The notes: a model not told the origin generated them from the sequence alone. A stretch of 64,000 nt of DNA from Eledone cirrhosa (GCA_964016885.1 OZ024756.1:6882001-6946000), one strand, 5' to 3'; positions 1 to 13,624 are shown, counted from the stretch's first letter. Translations and numbers: made by a program.

Positions 1-72
1 AGCTCAACCGCTGAAGTCCTGAATCTCTTCACACACACACACAAATATATATATATAAGTGTATATATATAT

Positions 73-237
73 ATAACGAAGGAAATCTGGTAAGAAACCA
101 GATGGAGCATAACGCACCAAAGTACTCAATATTTAGGGTAGTAGAGTGGGTAATAGGAACGAGTAGGACCCCGACGGCTGAGCTCAAGCCGTTTCGACGG
201 CTAATTCTGGACTAAAATGTCAGGGGTCCTACTCGTT

Positions 238-242
<5 letters not shown>
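73..242. mobile_element. Fold-back mini-element family A (Penelope-like terminal fragment) in (TA)n
   Basis: Inverted arms taggaacgagtaggacccc (~155-172) / ggggtcctactcgttccta (222-241), flanked by (TA)n. The minus strand carries the hammerhead 3' half GAAAC-ggct..agcc-GTC. Related copies at 7290, 30523 and 40898. Confidence 0.65.
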
Positions 243-282
<40 letters not shown>

Positions 283-532
283 GAGAGGTATAGAGATTGT
301 TTTAGCAAGAAGCTAACGGCATTCTATAACATATATGCGACTATAACGTCAAGATGGGAAAAGTAGTTAACGAAAGATTTAGGAAAAATAACTCAGACTC
401 ATCTCAAAAGAGAATCAGGATATAAATTCATCCACAGAATTTAGTAAAATCCATGGAAAAATCTATAGACCTTTAACACATGATAAAATAAAGTTTGAAA
501 CACTCATCCTTCAATTTGGAATAACATCAAAT

Positions 533-613
533 GCTCTGTATAGTCTTAAAAGACTATTTCATGAAAACTTTCAGTGGAGATGGTCACGGTTGGATTTCAT
601 TCATCAGCAGAGC
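533..613 (-). ncRNA. Type I hammerhead ribozyme
   Basis: Minus strand: gctctg-CTGATGA-atgaaa...tttcat-GAAA-tagtct ttta agact-ATA-cagagc. 6-bp stem I, 6-bp stem II base, stable stem III, AUA cleavage triplet. Confidence 0.85.
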
Positions 614-1160
614 TCAACAGAAACCAGGGCTCTCACAGTAATATAATCCGAAAAAGGGAATTCTAAAACTGGCTAGTTCACCTTCATGTGTATTTATGAA
701 AAAGCACATGAGGAAAAAACGGGGCTAGTGACGTCAGGGTGGAAGTGAATGTTTATTTACAAGAAATAGCAGTCAAATACATTCTGAAAAAAACTCTACA
801 AAGGAGTTCAGCAAAATAGCAATAATTATCACAGTTTTTATGAAAAAAACCGGGATTAGTCACAGATAGTTTAAGCACTCTAGGAAAAGAATCCGAGTAT
901 AAATATAAATGAGAGGTATAGAGATTGTTTTAGCAAGAAGCTAACGGCATTCTATAACATATATGCGACTATAACGTCAAGATGGGAAAAGTAGTTAACG
1001 AAAGATTTAGGAAAAATAACTCAAACTCATCTCAAAAGAGAATCAGGATATAAATTCATCCACAGAATTGAGTAAAATCCATGGAAAAATCTATAGACCT
1101 TTAACTCATGATAAAATAAAGTTTGAAACACTTATCCTTCAATTTGGAATAACATCAAAT

Positions 1161-1241
1161 GCTCTGTATAGTCTTAAAAGACTATTTCATGAAAACTTTC
1201 AGTGGAAATGGTGACGGTTGGATTTCATTCATCAGCAGAGC
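1161..1241 (-). ncRNA. Type I hammerhead ribozyme (second tandem copy)
   Basis: Same core and stems as 533-613; the differences fall in the stem II insert. Confidence 0.85.
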
Positions 1242-1552
1242 TCAACAGAAATGTATATATAATATGATACGAAACAAAAGGAGTTGTGTGGTTACTAAAA
1301 ACAAGGTTTAGGATGGTGGTTTGGTCGGAACAAGAGGAGAAAAGAAGAAAGAATCCTTCGTCAGCTGTAAACCTGCGATCCAGATGTTTCGGCGCTTATT
1401 TACGAGACAAAAGGAAGGAAAAAGAGGGAAAAGGGGAAGAAGAAAAAAGGGGAATAGGTGGTGAGGAGAAAAGAAGAAAAAGAAAAGGGAAAAAGGAGAA
1501 TAAAACAGGTGAACAGATCCCATCGTATACATGTATGTATGTGTTTGTGTGT

Positions 1553-1554
<2 letters not shown>

Positions 1555-1589
<35 letters not shown>

Positions 1590-1592
1590 TAT

Positions 1593-1641
<49 letters not shown>
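1555..1641. repeat. (TAG)n microsatellite
   Basis: Direct reading; explains the poly-V/poly-L ORFs. Confidence 0.95.
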
Positions 1642-1642
<1 letters not shown>

Positions 1643-1874
1643 AAAGTGCAATTGGATAGCGTTCACAGGAGCTATGCCAAGATGAGTATTCGATGGTATT
1701 GGGGAGTAGAGTATCAATAATAATAATTAGGGAACAAATCAGTATATGATACAATACTGATTCCTTGTTCCCTAATTATTATTATCAGTTGAAGTATTCT
1801 TTGACTATGCAAGGAATACTTCAACTGATAAGGTATGTTCCTTGGCTATGCCAAAATTTATAAAACACACTTTG

Positions 1875-1936
1875 TATTTTATCTGATGAAAGCGTACCAA
1901 AGTTTTTGGTACCCTTGAAATATATATAATAGAATA
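1875..1936 (+). ncRNA. Type I hammerhead ribozyme, family B
   Basis: tattttat-CTGATGA-aagcgtacca aagttt ttggtaccctt-GAAA-tatat-ATA-atagaata; AATAAA overlaps the 3' end of stem I. Confidence 0.75.
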
Positions 1937-2143
1937 AATATGGTTTTATAAATATAGTTTCCATTTATTTAATATCATTGAATATTTACTCCAGAGAACT
2001 GTCGAGTGCTCTGAATAAGTTATAAACATTTAGATTTGTTGAATTACCAACAAATTGAATATCCCTTCTGCTTATATATATATATATGACTCTTTTCCTA
2101 TTACCGACTCTACTACCCTAAGTATCGAGTACTCCATATTAAA

Positions 2144-2175
<32 letters not shown>

Positions 2176-2236
2176 AATATATATATAATATATATATATA
2201 TATGTGTGTGTATATATATATATATATACACACACG

Positions 2237-2300
<64 letters not shown>

Positions 2301-2308
2301 CACACACT

Positions 2309-2346
<38 letters not shown>

Positions 2347-2348
2347 AA

Positions 2349-2566
2349 AGGAACGATCGACTTTCATCAAATCGGACCGAGGAAACAATGTTTCCGTTGG
2401 TCTTTCCAATTGCTAATACTATCTATCGGTCGCAACTCCAGGTAGAAGGAGCAACGTGAAATAAAATGTCTTGCTCAAGGACATAACGCATCGCCCGGTC
2501 CAGGAATTGAACTCACAACCTCACGATTGCGAATCCAATTCTCTAACCACTCAGCCACACGCCTTC
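2349..2566 (-). mobile_element. tRNA-derived SINE family 2
   Basis: Minus strand has tRNA-like A/B boxes (ggcgtgtggctgagtggttag...gtgagttcaattcc) followed by the conserved tccttgagcaagaca motif; homologous to 25793 and 29427. Confidence 0.8.
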
Positions 2567-2569
2567 ACA

Positions 2570-3103
<534 letters not shown>

Positions 3104-3244
3104 TAATAATAATAATGATATTATTTATAGTTATTTTATATAGTATAAACAGGAAAGGTCAGTGATTTATCACTACCTTATCACCGGTAAAGGAAATAGC
3201 TCAATGTAAGAACATCAGGTGTTTTACAGAGCAGGAATATAAAT

Positions 3245-3811
3245 TATACAAATATCAAAGTTATGTTCAAATCATTTAATTGCTGACAATTGTTTTGAAC
3301 TCTACAGAAACTATCATCGTATTGCATCCTCCTTAATTTTAATACATTAACATATTCGCTTAAAGTGCTTGTATTTCATATAATATCATGCCAAACTGTA
3401 TTTATATATGCCTAATACCTTTGCTTCTTTCCTTCTCATATATATGACTAACGCATGTGCACTCTCTACACGCTTGCATATGTACTGTTGGTGTCTTCAT
3501 TCTTTCTCAATGCCTTTTTAATTATTAGACTATTCCCTTGAATAATCTGCCGCATGTTTTCCACTCTGTGCATTTAATTTTAATTTTAATTTTTGTACAA
3601 TCCTCATATAATATATGTCGCATTCATTACACCCTGTATATACTAAACTGTTGTTCACAACATCAATATATATGTATCTATATGATTGTTCAGTTGATTA
3701 GGTTAATTATAAGCAAAAACATTGATAATACTCCGATGACTTCAAACTAAAGTTTGGAAGAAACAATTGTCAGCAATTAAATGATTTTAACATAACTTTG
3801 ATATTTGTGTA
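3245..3811 (+). mobile_element. Penelope-like terminal fragment with ~50-bp terminal inverted repeat and degenerate hammerhead
   Basis: 3245-3295 is the reverse complement of 3761-3811. Hammerhead-like act-CCGATGA-cttcaaac taaa gtttggaa-GAAAC aatt GTC-agc at 3730-3774, with U4 mutated. Confidence 0.65.
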
Positions 3812-3867
<56 letters not shown>

Positions 3868-3869
<2 letters not shown>

Positions 3870-4250
3870 AAAGTTATATTTAAATTGTTGTGTTACAACT
3901 AGTAAATATTTATAACTGATATAAAAGCACTCGACAAATATTTGGAGTATATTTACAATATTAAATAAATGGAAACTATATTTATAAAACCATATTTATT
4001 TCATTATATATATTTCAGGGATAACATATTAACAATATGCTATGCCGTTTCGGACGATAGATAGATTTGGAATTGGAAAAAATGTCTTTAGATAAAAATA
4101 ACAGATCCATTCATGTTGACTTATCTTGCAAAACTATTCCAATTCCAAATCTATCTATCGTCCGAAACGGCATAGCATATTGTTAATATGTTATCCCTGA
4201 AATATATATAATGAAATAAATATGGTTTTATAAATATAGTTTCCATTTAT

Positions 4251-4258
<8 letters not shown>
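3868..4258. mobile_element. Fold-back element family B
   Basis: Arms ~3956-4080 and ~4135-4258 are inverted copies; homologous to 1860-2050, 6474, 23595 and 54130; flanked by (TA)n. Confidence 0.75.
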
Positions 4259-4318
<60 letters not shown>

Positions 4319-4457
4319 ATATATATAATATGGAAATGGCTTCTACGGGACTAGAACTTCGGGAGAACTCATTAGAAAAGCTAGTCCTGTCGAAGCCATT
4401 TCCATATTAAATATTTATTGAGTACTTTACTTACTCTGGTTACCCCGATTGAACCCG

Positions 4458-4521
<64 letters not shown>

Positions 4522-4525
<4 letters not shown>

Positions 4526-6304
4526 TGGAAAAATTTGAACAGGGACAAAACAGAGAGGCAGTACAATAAATGTTTATTAATTTCAGGCTCAGGAGAGTGG
4601 GGGGTAGGTGGGGGACAACGTTTCGGGCATAAGCCCTTCTTCAGGTGAGAAGTGTGTGGGGACAGAGTTCAAAAGGTGTGTAGGGGAGTGGTGGAGAGAC
4701 ATATAGCGAAAGGAAACGGTGCGAATGAAAAAATAACAAATAAAGATAAAAAAATAAAAATAAAGCATGATCAAATTACAAGGAATGAGAAAATTTAAAA
4801 ATAAAGGCATGATCAAAATAAACTGAAATTAAAAGGGGGGTAAACAGGTGGTGGAAGGGTGTGGGGTGAGTAGGGGTGGTGGCGGGTGGAGTGGGGAGAG
4901 GGAGAGGGGTGTCCGAGCAGGGAGGGCTGAAGGTGGTGTGTGTGTGTAGGTGTGCGTGTGTGTGTGTGTGTGTATGTGAAAGTAAGGGTTGGGGGAAGAA
5001 CGGGGTTACATGTTCAGGAAGAGGTGTGTGTGGGGGGTGTTTTTGTGGGTCGGAGTGTCTGTGCGTGTGTGGATAGGGAGTGGGGGGAGAGGAATCAGGA
5101 GGCTGAGGGTGTAAATATGTGGTGGGAAGCACGTGTGTGTGGGGTTTAAGCGTGTTGTGGGTGTGGGTGGCGTTTGGAGAAAAAAATTGGTTTGGGGTGT
5201 GTGTGTGGGTGAGTTATATAGGTGATGACGTAAGAGGATGGTTGAAAAGTTGGTAAGTTCCAAGGATGTTTAGAGGATTGGTGGTAAGTCAATTTCTGCG
5301 TGTGGGTAATCCATGAAGTGGTGGTCGGAAGAGGAGAAATGTGGGGTGCACGCGCAACAGGAAGTGGTCAGCAGTGGGAGTGCTGTGGTCTGTTGGTGCT
5401 GGGAGGTGGTCAGAAGGGCATAGCAGCAGTCGGTGGAATGGTAAGGGGGCGAGGATGGGTAGGTGTGAAAGTTGGAGTGAGGAGGGTGTGTGTGTGTGTG
5501 TGTGTATTAGTAGGGGTGATACTGGGATGAGTGAGTGTGGAGCGAGGGTGTGGGTGGAGCGGGGAGAGAAGGGTGTGTGTGGTTCTATGGAGGGAGTATG
5601 GTGTACTGGTGTGTGTGTAGTTTGATGAAGTGTGTTAGTGGGTGTTAGTATACGGGAGGTGGGGAGGGGTTGAATGCAGGAGTGAGTGGGGGTTAGTGGT
5701 GGTAGGGTGTGTAGAGTTGGTGGTGTACGAGGGTGTGTGGGTACGTGTGCGTGGGGTTGGGGGTGTTAGTGATGTTAGTTGCGTGTGGGGTGGGTGGTGT
5801 AAGAGGGTGGGCTTGTTCGTGTGCTTGGGGTTAGGGGGTGTTAGTGAGGTTAGTTGCGGGGTTGTAGGATGGAGGTGTGGGGGTGGGAGATGTGGGGGTG
5901 AGGGGTAGTGGTGGTAGTAGGGTGTGTGTTTAGTGTGAGCGTGTGTATATATGTGTCGGTGGGTGTGTGCGTGTGATAAGGAGGGGGGAGGAGGAGAAGA
6001 GGGGAGGGAAGGGATGTTAGTATGTTAGTTGGGGAAGGGTGGTCAGATGAGGGGTGGAGTGGATGTGTTAGTATTGTTAGTGTGGGGTGGGCGGTGAAAA
6101 TGAGGGGTGTGTTAGTGGTGTTAGTGGGGGATAAGTGTGGGGGGAGGGGGCGGTCGAACGCTAAAGGAATAAGTGTGGTGAGTTCAGGCCAGGGGGAGTG
6201 TGGGTCTGTAAGATGAAGATAGTTCGTTGTTCGACCGTAAGGCGATGGGCGGGTGTTCCGTGGCACTGGAGTAGGCCACAGACTGTGATATGGCGTGCGG
6301 AGTG
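4522..6304 (-). mobile_element. 5'-truncated Penelope-like retroelement (GIY-YIG tail, long C/A-rich 3' UTR, hammerhead-like core)
   Basis: Coding tail at 6161-6304. Minus strand CTGAAGAagggcttatgcccGAAACgttGTC at 4614-4644, then AATAAA near 4573-4578; ends in (TA)n. Confidence 0.75.
6161..6304 (-). pseudogene. C-terminus of Penelope-like GIY-YIG endonuclease
   Basis: Manual translation, not in the ORF track: HSARHITVCGLLQCHGTPAHRLTVEQRTIFILQTHTPPGLNSPHLFL*. Matches the R...E...I..L.T..P.GLN end motif of PLE GIY-YIG domains. Confidence 0.75.
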
Positions 6305-6429
6305 TATATATAGTAATAATAATAACTTTCAAGACTTAAATCCAAAGAGGGCTCGATAAGGATAGATATATATCAAATATATAAAAACCATATACCAAAT
6401 ATTATGAGATTGATTTTTGTAGTTTCAGA

Positions 6430-6473
<44 letters not shown>

Positions 6474-6475
<2 letters not shown>

Positions 6476-6887
6476 GATATTAACAAATGGAAACTATATT
6501 TATAAAACCATATTTATTTCATTATACCTATTTCAAGGACACCAAGTTAAATTATGGTCTGCTTTCATCAGATAAAATACAATATAGTTCAGTTTTATAA
6601 ATAAATATTGACATATCCTGTTGCAGCTTCCAACAGTAATGGTTGCATTTTTTAAAGGTATGTCAATATTTATTTATAAAACTGATCTATTTTGTATTTT
6701 ATCTGATGAAAGCACACCATAATTTAACTTGCTATCCTTGAAATAAGTATAATGAAATAAATATGGTTTTATAAATATAGTTTCCATTTGTTAATATCGT
6801 ATATTTACTCCAAATACTTGTTGAGTGCTTTATATCAGTTATAAAATTATTTGCTTGTTGTATCCCAACAATTTAAATAGAACTTTT
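6474..6887. mobile_element. Fold-back family B element with two opposed hammerheads (6515-6579 minus, 6695-6759 plus)
   Basis: ~140-bp inverted arms, each with ttttat-CTGATGA-stem II-GAAA-taNgt-ATA-atgaaa; (TA)n flanks. Confidence 0.8.
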
Positions 6888-7237
6888 ACATATATATATA
6901 TACATATATATATAATACATATATTATATAATACATATATATATAATAAACATATATATATATAATAAACATAAAAACTTAATTGTATAATAAACATATT
7001 TAATATTGTTATATATACAGGTACAAGATTCAATAATTCTAACCCCGCTATAAATAAAAAAAACCCAGCTGAGGGCACAAATAAATTGCTACGGCCGTCG
7101 CTGGTGTGACCTCCGTTGCATGGGGCCCGGAACAATTGCCCCTCTTTTGCCCCCATTAATTCCGGCCCTGCACACACACACATATGTATATATACATGTA
7201 TGTATATATGCATATATGAATATATATATACATATAA

Positions 7238-7271
<34 letters not shown>

Positions 7272-7289
7272 CACAGAAAAAAGAGAATC

Positions 7290-7456
7290 AGTACTCAATA
7301 ATTAGGGTGGTAGATTGGGTAATAGGAAAATGTTTAACGCCGACGGCAGAGCTCAAGCTGTTTCGACGGCTGTTTCTGGTATTTAGTCTAGTATTTAGTC
7401 CAGAAAGAGCCGTCGAAACGGCTTGAGCTCTGCCGTCGGGGTTAAACATTTTCCTA
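7290..7456. mobile_element. Fold-back family A element
   Basis: Inverted arms ~7323-7379 and ~7399-7456 containing gccgtcGAAACggcttgagctctgccGTC. Confidence 0.65.
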
Positions 7457-7760
7457 CATATATATATATATATATAGAAGTGGTATGGTGAACTAACTAT
7501 TGTGTGTATATATATGCATATGTATATACATAAATGTATAAATATATATATATAAACAGATAGAGTGTGTGTGATGGTGGGGTGTAGGAGACAAGGTGAG
7601 AGGTAGAGAGAGCATATCTCTCTGACTCTATATATCAATCTATATTTTGCTACCTGTCTCTTATTCTACAGTATACTATATATATATAAATTAGCACTGA
7701 AGGAGACCATCACTAATCTATTAATATCGATGTAATTTTTATATCGATATTATTTGGGCA

Positions 7761-7885
7761 TCCACTGATGAGTTTATAAGATCCCCGCTTGTGTATAATA
7801 CTATGGATTATATACAAGTTTCTAAATAACCTGGACATTATTTATCTAAAATTGTAGAAATCTCATAACGAAACGATCGTATGGA
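7761..7885 (+). ncRNA. Type I hammerhead with ~98-nt branched stem II
   Basis: tcca-CTGATGA-gtt...aac-GAAAC gatc GTA-tgga; palindromic stem III acgatcgt; internal hairpins in stem II. Confidence 0.75.
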
Positions 7886-8614
7886 AGGAAAGAGATATTT
7901 ATTTAATAATGTCTCATATAAAATAATACAACCAGCAAGCCACGAAATACTGATTAGTTAGCACCGCAAACACTAAATTGGGAAAATACTTAGGTATATC
8001 CTAATGTTTGTTGAGTGAGATGGAGTTGGTCAGAGTATCGCTTAAAGCTTTCTCTGTTTATGTATTATATATATATAATACATAAACAGTGGTGTGTATA
8101 ATATTCAAAACAACAAACAGCGTTTGTTGTTTTGATATTCAAAACAACAAACAGCGAAGGTCGCGTTCCGCACTTGTCCGACAGACAACCTTTTCCCCCA
8201 CCCCGGAAAAAAAACCCCAGTTGATGAATGTGAATCCGAAATATAAAGGGACTATTAAATCTCTCCCAAGGTAACTCTCTCTTGTGTTGTTATTTTTATT
8301 TTTATTGTTTATACTCTTCCCTTCATTCTACACATCTCACACATCTTATACACACCACGCATCTCAACGTACACCCACTTACATCTCTCTCTCCACCACC
8401 GGACCTTGTTACCCGGAGATTTACCCATTTGCATTGTCGAGGCTTCCAAACGACTTATAGATATTTATTTATTGTTCCACAATGCTTCAAGCAAACTTCA
8501 ATACTCTCATATATATATATTATAGATGATGAACTTCATTTCTTTACATGTATACATACATTTTCCACTCTTTTTCCCTTTTTCCTTACCTGACGCACTC
8601 CACACATATATGAG

Positions 8615-8675
<61 letters not shown>

Positions 8676-8788
8676 TGGTAGAACACTGATAGGTATATAC
8701 GCATATACATACAGATACATGGACTCACACATACATACTTACATCCATCCATCAGTCCATCCACACACCCATTCATACATACATGCAT

Positions 8789-8832
<44 letters not shown>

Positions 8833-9228
8833 TCACATACATACTTACACACATGCATACATACATACAAACACACATATATCCATAGATAAACACATAC
8901 ATACATACACACACACATTCATACACACATACATTCATACTTCCATACATACACACCTCCGTACATAACTCCATACATACACACATACACACATACATAC
9001 ATACATAGATGTAAAACATTCAAAAAATGTTGCATGTACACATGCAAACATACAACTCAAAACATCCACATCCTCACATACAATAACATCCATATCTACA
9101 CATGCAGACATACATACATATCTACCTAGTTGATGTTGTGTAAATTCCAATGAGAGAGTCTTGTGTCTATGTCAGAAACCGACTCTCTCTCTATTGGAAA
9201 AATTTGTGACATTATAAAACCAGAAGAA

Positions 9229-10133
9229 CATACATACATGCATACATACATACAGATATATACATACATACGTACACACACACATACATCCATACCTACA
9301 TACATACACACATACACACAGACATACATACATACATACACATACATACATCCATACATACATACTTACACGCAAACATACATACATACAAACACACGTA
9401 CATACATACATACATGCAAACATACATACGTATATACATACATACGTATATACATACATACATACATACATACATACATACATACATACATACATACATA
9501 CATACAGACATGCATGCATATATCCATACATACACACATACATACATACATGCAAACTTACACGAATACATACATACATCCATACATACAAACATACATA
9601 CATACCTCCGTCCATACATACATACATACACACATACATCCATACATACATATATCCATACATCCACGCATACATACATACATGCATACATACACACATA
9701 CATACATACATACATACATACATACAGATATATATACATACATACATACATACAAACATACATACAAACACACATACATACATACATACATACACATACA
9801 TCCATACATGCATATATCCATACATACACACATACATACATACATGCAAACATACACGCATACATACATACATACATACATACATACATACATACATACA
9901 TACATACATACATACATGCATATATCCATACATACACACATACATACATGCACACATACACACATACATACATACATCCATACATACACACATAGATACA
10001 TACCTCCATACATACACACATACACATACATACATCCATACATGCAAACATACATACACATATACATCCATACATGCATATATCCATACATACACACATA
10101 CATATATACATGCAAGCATACACACATACATAC
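9229..10133. repeat. Degenerate (CATA)n microsatellite
   Basis: Direct reading; resumes at 10714-10930 after an inserted element. Confidence 0.95.
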
Positions 10134-10712
10134 AGGGTGGCTGCCAACTCGTTTTCGAGTACGGCCACTACTTTATATCCAAGTAGGAGAACCTCTACCG
10201 ATGCGCTGAACAAGTGTGACTTTTTAGTCCAGCCAACGACTTGAAAACTCTGGTACAAACACTACACCTGTGACAATTAATGCTGGGCCCATGGTACCAG
10301 GTGACGACAAGTGCAGAGACATCTCCAGATATAAAGCAATGCCTGTGCCGTGAAGCTTTTATAGTGAGCAAAGGCACTGCACAAAGTCAGTCCCACTCTC
10401 TTAACCAAGATGATATTTACCAAAAAGAAGAACATGTCAACATCATTGGATACCATCAGGGTTGCAGGTGTTATATCAGAGATGTCCTTCTCCTAGAATG
10501 CTGCCTTGACAAAGGCTAAGAGGTCATCTCTCCCGGTGATTTTGGATGGCCATTGACTCTTAAGAGCTCCTTTGCCCTTTGACAGGTTTTGTTTTTAGTC
10601 CTGCAGGATGTCCAAAGTCACCCTCCTCACCAAGAAACCTTGGTGAGGTTGTCAGTTTAGTCGCCAACGACCCGACCATGAGACAGGTTGTACTGGGATA
10701 CATGTTACCATG
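10134..10712 (-). mobile_element. Bipartite RTE-derived non-autonomous retroelement
   Basis: Minus strand: RTE-like 5' UTR joined to a 3' end encoding CSVCTRVFKSLAGLKSH (RTE C-terminal zinc-finger-like), a ctcg aaaa cgag stem-loop and a (TATG)n tail; second copy at 12217. Confidence 0.6.
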
Positions 10713-12216
10713 TTACATACATACATACATAGAAACACACATACACACACACATACATACATACATACACACATACATCCATACATGTATATATCCATAC
10801 ATACACACATACATACATGCATACAAACACACATACATACATACATGCAAACATACATACATACAAACACACATACATACATACATACATTCATTCAAAC
10901 ATTCATACATACATACATACATACATGCAAAACATTCTTGCGATTCAAGGGATGACAATTTCTTTTCTTTTACAACCTTGCCACCAGGAAGGTGGCCGTT
11001 CAAAAAAATATACTCGAATTTAAGAGAAAGAGATAACATACATGCAAACATGCAAACATACATACATACATACATACATGCAAACATACTTACATACATA
11101 CGCTCATGCATTGAAGCATCTCCTTCCGTGGCTTGAAATACAGAGACATTCCGTATTTCCAGCAGGTATAAACATCTCAATATCTTCCGTCAGATCCAGT
11201 CAGTCCATATGGTAACATAGACGATATATTACTGATGAAGATTAATAGACTTATAACAGCTTTCTAAAACAGTCAAACATCCGTTATTAATACATTACAT
11301 AATACTTTGAAACATAACATGTAGTTAATAGCAACAAATGGGGAGGGGGGGCAACTATAAGGTGGTGTGTTTGGCCCAACAAAAAGGAATTTTCGGTTCG
11401 GACCAACTAAAAGTGATGGTAGGTTTGGTAAAAAAAAACAAAAAAAAAACGGTTGTGGGTTGGGTCTAACAAAAATGGGGTGGTGGGTTTGGCTCAACAA
11501 AAAGGCTGTTGAGTTACCCCAACAAAATGGGTGGGAAGGTTGACCCAACGAAAAGGAGGTTTTGGGTTAGTCCAACAAAAAATGGGTGGTGGGTTTGACG
11601 CAACAAAAATGGGCAGGGGGTTTGGCCCAACAAAAAGGGTGGTTGGTTGGCCAAACAAAAAGCATGTGCGGTTAGCAGTATCAATAGAACGTCGAGCAAA
11701 ATACTTTGCGGTATTGGGTTTGTTCTCTTCTCTTGTCCTGTAAGAGAGAGTCGTAAGGGCGCAATATTGCCACACGACGTTTCCAAGACATATTTTTAAA
11801 ACCAGGTGGGGCCCATCAGTTCTCCAGGTCGGAATACAATAGATTTCTTCCAGAGAAGGTTAGAGAGAATAAGGGAATGTAAATAAGAAACAGATATAGA
11901 GGAATATCGATCCCAGTACTAGACTGGTACATTAGTTATCGACCTCAAATGCATGGAATTTGATACGAATATCTATTTACGAATGCCAACATGGTTAATT
12001 TTGTCGTTTATTCTTTCTGGGATCAATAAAAAGAAGTAACTGGTAAGTATCATACTAGGGTTGATATAATCGACTTTCACCATTCCACTAAATATCTGGG
12101 CTTCTGCCATTGGTTGAATGAATTAACAACAACATCAACAACAGGAATTTGTGAAAGAAAGTAATGAAAGAGCATGACCCTGGTAAGTTAATGTCATACT
12201 TTATATATATATATAT

Positions 12217-12742
12217 ACAACCTGTCCCATGGTCGGGTCTTTGGCGACTAAACTGGCAACACTACCAATGTTTCTTGGTGAGGAGGGTGACTTTGGACAT
12301 CCTGCAGGACTAAAAACAAAACCTGACAAAGGGCAAAGGAGCTCTTAGAAGTCAATGGCTATCCAAAATCACCGGGAGAGATGACCCCTTAGCCTTTGTC
12401 AAGGCAGAATTCTAGGAGAAGGAAAACTCTGATATAACACCTGTAACCCTGATGGTATCCAATGATGTTGACTTGTTCTTCTTTTTGGTAAATATCATCT
12501 TGGTTAAGAGAGTGGGACTGGCTTTGTGCAGTGTCTTTGCTCACTATAAAAGCATCACGGCACAGGCATTGCTTCATATCTGGAGATCTCTCTGCACTTG
12601 TCGTCACATTGTACCATTGGCCCAGCACTATGTGTCAATAATTGTCACAAGTGTAGTGTTTGTAACATAGGTTTCAAGTCGCTGGCTGGACTAAAAAGTC
12701 ACACGCGTTCAGCGCATCGGTAGGGGTCCTCCTACATGGATA
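12217..12742 (+). mobile_element. Second copy of the bipartite RTE-derived element
   Basis: Colinear with the reverse complement of ~10180-10692; contains ggagaaggaaaactctga (RTE 5' UTR-like motif); truncated at the 3' end by a family D element. Confidence 0.6.
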
Positions 12743-12744
12743 AA

Positions 12745-13424
12745 AATGAAATTTCTTTTCTCACTCTTAGTACGGCTGTTACTTAAATGTAAGTATGTAT
12801 ACGTACATACATATATGGTATACATACGTACAGTAGTATATATATATATATACATACAAACAAACCGATAATTGTAATAAATGTTCGGTGAATCCATACG
12901 TACATATATATATATATATATGTGCATGTATGTATATATACATACTACTGTACGTCTGTATACATATATGTATGTATGTATACATACTTATATTTAAGTA
13001 AGAGCCGTACTATGAGTGAGAAATGAAATTTCGTTTCATTTTTTCCATTTATCGTTTACGGTGAGCCCGGCCGATTAACTCACTCAATATGCAAATTAGG
13101 CTGCTCAGCCGTTTATATGCATAAGGAAAGTATATACTTCCAGACGTTCAATCATCTGGCAGGAAGATATACGATGCTGACGATAGCTAATAAGCTTGAA
13201 ACTAGTACATCATTCCTTTGTCAGTGTTGAACAAAAGGGCAACGAAGGTTGCTAAACACCGTACGGCTTAATTCGAGATGTTTGTTTACAAAGAAAACGA
13301 ACATTGTAATAAATGTTTGGTAAATCCATACGTACATATATATATGTGTGCATGTATGTATATATATATATATATATATATATTACTGTACGTCTGTATA
13401 CATATATGTATGTACGTATATATA

Positions 13425-13430
<6 letters not shown>
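12745..13430. mobile_element. Family D hammerhead element: inverted arm plus ~438-nt tandem unit
   Basis: actgtacgtctgtatac recurs at 12947 and 13385; 12745-12840 is inverted relative to 12940-13030. Confidence 0.75.
13173..13211 (+). ncRNA. Minimal type I hammerhead, family D
   Basis: gatg-CTGACGA-tagct aata agctt-GAAAC ta GTA-catc; palindromic stem III actagt. Confidence 0.85.
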
Positions 13431-13491
<61 letters not shown>

Positions 13492-13536
13492 TTCGTTTCT
13501 GAATTTGTTATTGGCAACATGACCCTCCCAAAGTAT

Positions 13537-13619
<83 letters not shown>

Positions 13620-13624
13620 AAACA

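Larger units (their letters stand above)
279..1251 (-). mobile_element. Partial tandem (628-nt period) non-coding element with two hammerheads; pLTR/retrozyme-like
   Basis: 279-623 is directly repeated at 907-1251 with a few substitutions, and each repeat holds a hammerhead. (TA)n on the left, short TA run on the right. Confidence 0.8.

Noticed and set aside
1355-1395. GAAAC and CTGACGA on the minus strand in type II order
   Set aside because: No room for stem I between them.
9163-10258. His/Thr/Tyr/Ile-rich ORFs of 320-348 aa
   Set aside because: (CATA)n microsatellite artefact.
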